Shown here: positions 54,260 to 64,000 of the stretch, one piece after another
How the letters are laid out: each line of letters begins with the position of its first letter
Numbering within the stretch: position 1 is the first letter of the stretch
Assembly (NCBI GenBank): GCA_951406725.2
Contig: OX597827.1
Coordinates: 41,974,001 to 42,038,000, forward strand
Direction: 5' to 3'
Source: Octopus vulgaris
Taxonomy: Eukaryota
DNA length: 64,000 nucleotides
Translations under genes and position numbers: made by a program
Notes under the pieces: model-generated
What the model saw: the letters and a program-made list of their open reading frames with translations, nothing else
The model's database searches: none
Told to the model about the DNA's origin: nothing

Positions 54260-55437
54260 GGGCCATCAAAAAGAATACTATGAAAATGACCATTAAAACA
54301 AAGGGAAATTTCTGTGCGATTGACCGTTATTAAGACAAAAGAGATATTAATATGATCGCTAAATGAGGGGAGGAAGTAAAGGTAAGGGAGTAAAAATTTT
54401 CATATTAATCGCGATTACTACGAACATTTTATATATATATGAATGTTTACGTATTTGTGACTGTATTTTTGTGTGTAATTAATAATTCATTTTGCTATAA
54501 TGATTTGCTTTCGACTGAAGGCCACAAGTATGCAGCTCTTAATCAGATAAGTTCTATAAAGGGTAATGCGTAGGTGTCAAAGAGATATTGATAATTCTAT
54601 TGTTGTTAATAGTAAATAAACAACTTCAAGCTGTGCTGGGTGTACACACACACACACACATATATACACATACGCACACGTATGTATACACATACATACT
54701 TAGAGCACATTTATTGATGCTTGCATATATATATATATATATTTGTGTGCAGGTATATACACAAGTACATACATGGTACATTGCCGCACATACATATACA
54801 TACATGAATATATCCCTACACGTACACATATATACTAATATGACACTTCCATTGATGCATGCGTATATACACACTTATGTATACATATGTATATATATAT
54901 ATATATATCTTAAAGTTATTACGTGTATATATATGTATGTATATAAATATGTATATTTTTGTAATTATATGTGATGCATTCGCACGCACACATACACATA
55001 CGCATACGCATACACATACACACGCTCACACATTTTTACTCACATATACTTACACAAACACATGCATATATATTGTTGATGTCATAAGAATTCATAAATC
55101 TTCGAGAAAACGAGGAATAATTCTATTTTGGGAATTGGTTCTCGAAGTACAGATATATATTATTCTTAAGCATAAACGCAAGTACATATAACTCTACAAC
55201 AAAAACAGCTTGAATATATTAGGCTGAAAATCCCTTTTGGATAGAAAATGTCTATTCTGCTTTGTATCCCACCGGCAGTCTTCAATTTTTTCGATCCAAA
55301 ATGGTTTCTCAACCTAATATTTACGTGCTGTTATTATTTATAACTTTATGCTATGGACTTCGAGAAACAATTCCACAAGGGAATCACACGCATCTTACAC
55401 ACACACACACACACACGTACACACACACACATACACA

Positions 55438-55521
<84 letters not shown>

Positions 55522-55697
55522 CATATACATAGTAAATAAGTAACAAAGATGTCCAGGTTTTAGTGCGGCTCCATTTAATCGACGAATGCAAGTATTACAT
55601 CAATTTGAAATAACCTGGACATCCTTGTTACTTATTTGCTTTTTATATGTATACGTACATATATATTTATATATATATGTATGTATCTATCTATATA

Positions 55698-56137
55698 TAT
55701 AATATGTAGATTAAAGAAAAACCACTATTATGCAATTCAAACAATGATAGACATAAACCAAATCATAAATAGAAAATAAAATATATATTTTAAAACATAT
55801 AAGTAGATCACAAAAAGTGCAAAAATGAATAAATAATATATTATAAGTAAAAAGACTACGTACATTTCATGGCTATAATTCAAATTCAAATTACAATTAA
55901 AGTTAAATTTAAATTCGAATTACAATTAAATTTAAATTTAAATTTAATCACAATTTAAATTTAACTACAATCAAATTTAGATTAAATTTTTTTCTTACAT
56001 ATTGTTTATTCATTTTTGTACTTTTTGTGATCTAGTTATATATTTTTAAAAATATATTTTTTATTTATGAGTTGGTTTATGTCTATCATTGCTTGAATTG
56101 CACAATAGTGGTTTTTCTCTAATTTATATATTATATA
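55698..56137. repeat. Diverged AT-rich inverted repeat (~150-bp arms)
   Basis: gaaaaaccactatt.tgcaattcaa.caatgatagacataaaccaa versus its reverse complement at ~56070-56120. Confidence 0.85.
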
Positions 56138-56275
56138 TTTATATTGTGAAATTTGATTTAGCACTAAATTGAATTTTTTCCTGTAAGTTTGGAGTTATAC
56201 TCACTCAGCGGTGGTGCGCCAGAATGGTCGCGGCCTTCGGACTAAAACATTTTTAAGGATTTAAGGATTTAATAT

Positions 56276-56402
<127 letters not shown>

Positions 56403-56627
56403 ATATAAAATTATAAATTAGGGTAGCTACGTGATACCACCACGCTGAAAATAGCAGCCATGATCCGACTCTAAAACCACCTTAAGTGTTCATATAGCAG
56501 CATGGAGAGAAGATAAAGAGACAAGATGAAACTAGTAAAAAATTACTGGATAATTCTAGATCCTGGATTACTGGCTTTCCATTTAGGAATGTTTTGCCCC
56601 GTCAGTGGAATACACACAGAAAGAAGC

Positions 56628-56658
<31 letters not shown>

Positions 56659-57201
56659 CAACATACGAATACATACATATACGAACGTATACATATATAT
56701 GCACGTATGCATCAAGACCAATTCAAAATGCCCGCCTAATTCCATGTGGTGGGTGGGTGGTACTCACTATTAAAAACATTCAAAGTAATTTTTCATTAGG
56801 CGTGCTATTCAGAAAGTCTCGCGGACCACAGTTTGCCCTTGACTGGCCTCGATATTGACTACCTAAACCAATGTGCAGATATCGACTGACTGGTTAGCAA
56901 TGTCTACTTGTTGACAAAAGACACAGTTACCTTATATCAAATGTTAATTGCATAGATAGGTACTTTATGTAGATATTGTCTGTCTAGATTAATCACAGTC
57001 TCTAATTTAAAACTCTATAGACATAAACGGTCTTGAGGTGTTGATCAGAAACAAGCAGACACAAACTGAATAGACAGACACAATCTATAGAAGTTGACAG
57101 GATCGATAGCGATAATGTTTCGATTTTAAAGTGGTTTGGGAGTTACTCTGACTAATTAGACACGCATCTTAGATGCTGACTGCATAAATTGACACGGTTT
57201 G

Positions 57202-57315
57202 TACGAGAGGTGTGCTGAGCAGTTCCTGGCTTTGGGTAAAGGAAAATATACAGGCGGTTCAGTTAATTATGACTTTTATCAACATATTGCTTACACCTTC
57301 CACATGGTTCCAGGT
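57202..57315. mobile_element. Possible mariner-like terminal fragment
   Basis: tacgagaggtgtgctgagcagttcctggcttt resembles TA-CGAGGG...AAAAGT mariner termini; partner end not found. Confidence 0.35.
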
Positions 57316-57325
57316 GGCCACCCTC

Positions 57326-57387
<62 letters not shown>

Positions 57388-57389
57388 GT

Positions 57390-57940
<551 letters not shown>

Positions 57941-58437
57941 AAAATTTCTGCAACTTTGGAGCTCTGAGCTGGTAACGCCATAATAACTTTCTCTGTTATA
58001 GTCAATGTGACAATCACACATCACATACGTTTCTTCCAAGCACTGATATACGCAGTGGAAGTGAGCTGGAATGCTAAAACTTAGGTCAATCTGTGCCAAG
58101 CCCCTTCATTCTACATGCTTCCGCTTCGTTACTACGGCAACAGTCCAGATACTTATTGATTAGAACTTGTATACAGTTTGTGTATCAAATAGCTAACTTA
58201 AGGCGATGGCCTCATGGAGCTAATAAGCGGACAGCTTTATTCTTATTTTTATAAGAATGCCATATTAGTATGGCGATAACTATTATTTTCCGGGAACGCT
58301 GCCGCTGTTCTCTTTTAGAGAGACTTAGTAATTTTAATATTTCTATTATTGAAAACAAGTGGATGTATTCCACCGAAACTAGGTAAATAAAACCATCGAA
58401 CAGAGATTGTCAGAAGCGACACCTACTGGCTGGCTAC

Positions 58438-58479
58438 GCTGCATTGAAAAGGGGCAATACCCCGAAACGCGTCTGTAGC
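58438..58479 (+). ncRNA. Minimal type I hammerhead ribozyme, U3-A8 variant (unit 1)
   Basis: gctgca-TTGAAAA-gggg caata cccc-GAAA-c gc g-TC-tgtagc; predicted cleavage after 58473. Confidence 0.75.
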
Positions 58480-58797
58480 TGCCGGTCAAGTACTGTGGAG
58501 CGACTGACCTCCCTTGTTCGAAGGTTATATGGATACAGTTTGTGCATCAAATAGCTAACTTAAGGCGAAGGCCTCATGGAGCTAATAAGCGGACAGCTTT
58601 ATTCTTATTTTTATAAGAATGCCATATTAGTATGGCGATAACTATTATTTTCCGGGATCGCTGCCGCTGTTCTCTTTTAGAGACTTAGTAATTTTAATAT
58701 TTCTATTATTGAAAACAAGTGGATGTATTCCACCGAAACTAGGTAAATAAAACCATCGAACAGAGATTGTCAGAAGCGACACCTACTGGCTGGCTAC

Positions 58798-58839
58798 GCT
58801 GCATTGAAAAGGGGCAATACCCCGAAACGCGTCTGTAGC
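58798..58839 (+). ncRNA. Minimal type I hammerhead ribozyme, U3-A8 variant (unit 2)
   Basis: identical to unit 1. Confidence 0.75.
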
Positions 58840-59159
58840 AGCCGGTCAAGTAGTGTGGAGCGACTGACCTCCCTTGTTCGAAGGTTATATGGATACAGTT
58901 TGTGCATCAAATAGCTAACTTAAGGCGAAGGCCTCATGGAGCTAATAAGCGGACAGCTTTATTCTTATTTTTATAAGAATGCCATATTAGTATGGCGATA
59001 ACTATTATTTTCCGGGAACGCTGCCGCTGTTCTCTTTTAGAGAGACTTAGTAATTTTAATATTTCTATTATTGAAAACAAGTGGATGTATTCCACCGAAA
59101 CTAGGTAAATAAAACCATCGAACAGAGATTGTCAGAAGCGACACCTACTGGCTGGCTAC

Positions 59160-59201
59160 GCTGCATTGAAAAGGGGCAATACCCCGAAACGCGTCTGTAG
59201 C
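59160..59201 (+). ncRNA. Minimal type I hammerhead ribozyme, U3-A8 variant (unit 3)
   Basis: identical to unit 1. Confidence 0.75.
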
Positions 59202-59364
59202 TGCCGGTCAAGTAGTGTGGAGCGACTGACCTCCCTTGTTCGAAGGTTATATGGATACAGTTTGTGTATCAAATAGCTAACTTAAGGCGATGGCCTCATG
59301 GAGCTAATAAGCGGACAGCTTTATTCTTATTTTTATAAGAATGCCATATTAGTATGGCGATAAC

Positions 59365-59402
<38 letters not shown>

Positions 59403-59436
59403 ATATATATGTATATATATATATTTTTAAAAATGT

Positions 59437-61081
59437 ATTTTTTATTTATCTAGTTTCAGCTCACAAGCTGTGGCCATGCTGGGGCACCGCCACTTGGTGT
59501 TGCTACATGATTTTACTTCACGAATGATTTTTAGCAATTGCCATTTGGTGCATGAGAGAGTTCGATGCAGCTGCCCTCATCTGCACCTCCTGCCGTGAAG
59601 TTGGTTCATCTGGGATACCTGACAAGAAGAGATCCAGTTTCATTTTAAAGGCATCTGCATCCACCCCATGCAGGTCTCTTAGGTTCTTTGGGAGGATATT
59701 GAAGAGCTGCGGGCCTCGGAAGCCCAGGCTATCACAGTATCTTGTCCTACATCTTGATGGCAAATTTGGAGTCCTTGGCACTATTCAGTGGCGCCCAGTT
59801 CTGGCATTTGTGTAACTCTCGATGCCAAAGTTTGGGACAAGTCCTTCTAGGATCTTCCAGATGTATATTATGGCATATCTTTCTCGCCTACGCTCTAAGG
59901 AATAGAGTCTCAATCTCCTGAGTCTTTCCCAATAGCTTATATGCTGCACAGAGGCTATCTTCTTCGTGTAGCTTCGTTGGATCGCCTCAAGTTCTGTGAT
60001 TAACTTGACACTGGATGGTGACCATAGCTGAGGGCAATAGTCAAAGTGGCTTAGAACAAGTGTCCTCCAGAGGACCATCATGATTTCCTGGTCTCTTGTT
60101 CTGAAGGTTCTAAGAATCCATCCGGTCAGCCGCCTACATTTCATTGCCAAGTTAGCAACATGCACATGAAAGGTTGCATCATCACTCATGTAAATACCCA
60201 GGACTCGCACTGATTGTGCCTCTGGGATTGCAATCCCTCCAGGTCCAGTGTATTTATTGGGTATTGCATTTAGTTTTGCGTGCTGATAGCATAGAGCTTG
60301 AAACTTTTCAGCCTGAACTGCATGCTATTCTTTTCAGCTCACTTGTATATTTTGTCCAGCTCACATTGCAGGTGCTTAGTGTCTTCAGGGTTCTGTATTG
60401 CCTGTGAAACTTTTGTATCATCTGCATAACTTGTGATCGTGGCTCTCTGCGTGGCTGAGGGCATGTCTGAGAGGGCCATTATGAACAGTAGTGGTCCCAA
60501 AATAGTGCCCTGTGGAACACCGCTCACTATTTACGTGTTAGTGGAAGTGGCCCCATTGGCTACTACCACCTGACTTCTATCTTTCAGAAAGTCATGAAGC
60601 TACTCTCCCAATTTTCCAACTATGCCAAGATCACGCAGTTTGTGACATAGCATTCCATGATCAACTTTATCAAAGGCCTTTGCAAAGTCGAGATATATGA
60701 CTTCCACATTTGAGTGGTTGAGCAGTCGTTTCGGCACCCAGTCATAGTGTTGTAGGAGCTGAGTTAAGCAGCTTCTTCTTGATAGGAAAACATTTTGAGT
60801 GTCAGGCAGCAAGTCATTTTCTTCAAGGAAGGTGATTAGTTTCCTTCTGATTATTCGTTCCATGACCTTGCTGATGTGTGAGGTCAGAGAGATAGGTCTG
60901 TAGTTCTTGGCCTCCGCTCTGCTACCTCCTTTATGAATAGGGTATATTTTACCTTCCTTCAGTTTTTTTGGAAGTTTGGCAGTTGCAAGGAAGCTCTGAA
61001 AGAGGAACTGCAGTGGTCTTGCTAGGACTCTCTTACATACTTTTAGAAGGATTGCTGGGAATCCATCTGGGCTAGTAGCTG
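59437..61081 (-). mobile_element. 5'-truncated CR1-clade LINE flanked by (TA)n
   Basis: RT coding remnant plus short 3'UTR ending ggcggtgccccagcatggccacagcttgtgagctgaaactagataaataaaa. Confidence 0.9.
59518..61080 (-). pseudogene. LINE ORF2 reverse transcriptase, disrupted
   Basis: NYRPISLTS, YLDFAKAFDKVDH, SGVPQGTILGPLLF, YADD, LGI, YWERL..L.LYSLERRRER; in-frame stops near 60600 and 60339 and frameshifts. Confidence 0.93.
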
Positions 61082-61136
<55 letters not shown>

Positions 61137-61176
61137 CACACACACACACATCCATTTTTCAATTTTTCATTATTTA

Positions 61177-61392
61177 AGGCGGCGAGCTGGCAGAAACGTT
61201 AGCACACCAGGCGAAATGCGTAGCCGTATTTCGTCTGTCTTTATGTTCTGAGTTCAAATTCAGCCGAGGTCGACTTTGCTTTTCATCCTTTTGGGGCCGA
61301 TAAATTAAGTACCAGTTGCATATTGGGGTCGATCTAATCGACTATCCCGCACCACGAAAAATTTTTGAGAATTGTCTTTAGAGTAGAAAAGA
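61177..61392 (+). mobile_element. SINE-A
   Basis: ggcggcgagctggcagaaacgttagcac...gataaattaagtaccagt. Confidence 0.8.
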
Positions 61393-61604
61393 AATATTTT
61401 TCATTATTTATTTCTTAATTTTGTTTCGTATTATTCATATTTTTATTTTTCGTAATTTATACTTTTCACTATTCTCCTGTTCTAGAAAGCATTTTCTCTT
61501 CATTCCTACTTCCGGTCATTTACTTCAAAAATGTAACCACATGTGATTGTTAGCAATTTTGTTTCTTTTTTCCTCCTTCGTCTTGGACTTTCCTGTTTCT
61601 TACT

Positions 61605-61639
61605 GTTTCCGAAGAAGAGCTATGCTCGAAACGTAAAAC
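61605..61639 (+). ncRNA. Degenerate minimal hammerhead-like motif related to 2859-2894
   Basis: gttt-CCGAAGA-a-gagc tat gctc-GAAA-cg-TA-aaac. Confidence 0.4.
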
Positions 61640-61729
61640 TACTACTCCTTTCCTTCTCTGGGCGTCTTATTAATACATTGCTTGTGCCACGTCCAAACGC
61701 TTGTTTGTGTTTTTCCTTTTTTATATATG

Positions 61730-61914
61730 TACTCCTTCGTCACAACTTTCTCTCATTCTTTCTTCCTGTTTCTGTTGTACCTGTATTTCAAGGGACCACC
61801 CTTGTCACACTCTGTCATGCTGAATCTCCGCCACAACTACGTTAATGGTACACGTGTCTGTGGAGTGCTCAGCCACTTGCACGTTAATTACATGAGCAGG
61901 CTGTTCCGTTGATT

Positions 61915-61918
<4 letters not shown>
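61730..61918 (+). mobile_element. SINE-B 3' half
   Basis: cacaactttctctca...gagcaggctgttccgttgatt. Confidence 0.75.
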
Positions 61919-62012
<94 letters not shown>

Positions 62013-62132
62013 GGAGCGGAATAGGTAGAATTTAGGGAACATATGTTTCTTAACTAGCTGAAGTTGCTTATGACATTAGGTGGATTGCCTGGCGAATCAC
62101 GTGTTGTTTATTTCTTACGGCGTTGTCAACTT

Positions 62133-62170
<38 letters not shown>

Positions 62171-62748
62171 GCTGTTGCTGCTGCTGCTTTTCTAGTGTTG
62201 TTGCTCCTGCTGCTGCTGCTGCTGCTACCAAAATGTCGCTTCATTGAGCTTCTTTGAACCAATGGAATGAGCAAGAAATAGCAGTCAAATCTCCACCAAA
62301 CTGGTCATAATCAGAAACACGTTGGACGAAATGCCGCTTAGCATCTTGCCAGACGTGCTAACGATTCTGCCAGCTCGCCGCCTTAATGTAATCCTACATT
62401 CCTGTCAGAATGACAGGATTGTCATGGCTGGGATGCCTTTGAACATAGATCTGCACACTCATGGCTGACACGTGACAACTACACAACAAACATTACCACC
62501 ATCACCACCACCAAAACGACGAGGACGGCGATGACGACGACCACCATCACCGTCACCACCACTGCCGCCACCGCCACCACCACTACCACCAACACTACAT
62601 TAAATAGTATTAATGAGGAAAAAAATAACTAATTTTCAAAATTAATTGATCAATTAATTAAGATCATTAAATATGTCAGACACTGGTGGTAGTGATAATC
62701 ACCTGGCGGTAGTTATAGCAACGGTGCCAGTGCTAGTATAGGAGGTAA

Positions 62749-62801
<53 letters not shown>

Positions 62802-63397
62802 AGAATGTTGGTATTATATTCATTATTGAAGGCGCGTATTTTTTCTTCCATTATCCAATCTACTTTCGCATATTCGGTTTCTTGGCAAAGGACCGTACAC
62901 CGAATCCACTTATATAACAATAATATAACCATTATGTTACATCATTATTATAATCTGTTATAAGATTATAATAATCTTGAAGAGATTATCATAATCTTGC
63001 TGATTGAGCCGTTGAACCGTTATCTTGCTGGTTGAACCGTTATCACGCCGGAGTAAATGCTCAGCGACCCGTTTTTACGTTCTGAGTTCAAATTCCACCG
63101 AGGTTGACTTTGTCTTTCATCCCTTCAAGATCAAAGAAACATGTGAGTTTGATGCAATCGACTCACACCCACCCCAAAAGTTTCTGCCTTGTGCCTCTAG
63201 TAGAGAGGATTGTTATAACCTGTTTCTTCATAAAGAGTGAAGTGGCTGTGTGGTAAGTAGCTTGCGTACGAACCACATGGTTCCGGGTCCAGTCCCACTG
63301 CGTAGCACCTTGGACAAGTGTCTTCTGCTATAGCCTCAGGCCAACCAAAGCCTTTTGAGTGGATTTAATAGACGGAAACTGAAAGAAGCCCGTCGTA

Positions 63398-63423
<26 letters not shown>

Positions 63424-63428
<5 letters not shown>

Positions 63429-63662
63429 TAGAAGAAATGAGGTACTCAGAAAATCGGATGGTTTATATTTACAGATATTTATTTGTATATTACATTTTTT
63501 ATACATCATATAGGTGAAGTTTGATTTGAAAACCCCACTAGAATGGGAGAAAGCGCTAATACTTGATCTAAGTGATATGATGTATAAAAAATGTAATATA
63601 CGAATAAATATCTGTAAATATAAACCATCCGATTTTCTGAGTACCTCATTTCTTCTAATATA
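63424..63662. repeat. Near-perfect inverted repeat (~88-bp arms)
   Basis: 63424-63511 is the reverse complement of 63575-63662. Confidence 0.92.
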
Positions 63663-63689
63663 AAATACATGTACATCATCTCCAAACTT

Positions 63690-63733
63690 TGCCCCAGCAT
63701 GGCCACAGCTCATGAGCTGAAACTAGAATCAAT

Positions 63734-63737
<4 letters not shown>
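63690..63737 (+). mobile_element. Extremely truncated CR1-like LINE 3' end
   Basis: gccccagcatggccacagctcatgagctgaaactag followed by (aatc)n. Confidence 0.75.
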
Positions 63738-63771
<34 letters not shown>

Positions 63772-64000
63772 TTCATATATACATAAAGAGACCGATAGAA
63801 TAAGTGCTGGGCTACGATTTGCTCGACTAAAGGCGGTGCTCCAGCACGGCCACAGTCAAGTGACTGAAACAAGTAAAAGAGTAAAAGACGCCACAGTTTG
63901 AAGCGTTTCAGTTTCTTCCTTAGAGCTTGAAATTAGATTGCATTCCGTTTGTGTTGCTTTTCATTCTTCGCATATTTTGGATACTTTAGCTAATTCTGAC

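Larger units (their letters stand above)
58171..59370 (+). repeat. Tandem repeat, 360-362-bp unit, ~3.3 near-identical copies, one hammerhead per unit (retrozyme-like or tandem Penelope pLTR)
   Basis: units start at 58171, 58533, 58893 and 59255. Confidence 0.95.
63240..63888 (+). mobile_element. SINE-C with a nested inverted repeat and LINE tail in its internal (TA)n
   Basis: head 63240-63396 and tail 63786-63888; inserts at 63424-63662 and 63690-63737. Confidence 0.85.

Overview
Eukaryotic, AT-rich, extremely microsatellite-dense non-coding DNA. The repeat landscape strongly resembles an octopus genome (inference from recalled repeat types, not a database hit). I recognise no host protein-coding gene, rRNA or true tRNA gene; almost all listed ORFs are translations of simple repeats or SINEs. 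The window is a mosaic of three tRNA-derived SINE families (here A, B, C), a 5'-truncated CR1-like LINE, decayed R4/Dong-like and Penelope-like retroelements, Helitron pieces, and Tc1/mariner and piggyBac-type remnants. Top observations: (1) two diverged ~2 kb ORF1-only (CCHC zinc-knuckle) retroelements, each inserted at the same nucleotide and in the same orientation in the tRNA-like head of SINE-C, with the same 14-bp target-site duplication (candidate SINE-targeting, HAL1/Tx1-like element); (2) a ~360-bp tandem repeat with one minimal type I hammerhead ribozyme per unit and a compensatory U3-A8 core pair (retrozyme-like); (3) several other hammerhead motifs and fold-back repeats sitting in (TA)n tracts; (4) a 3' tail with a covarying stem-loop shared by SINE-C and the CR1-like LINE. 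All alignments and translations were done by eye; boundaries of decayed elements are approximate.
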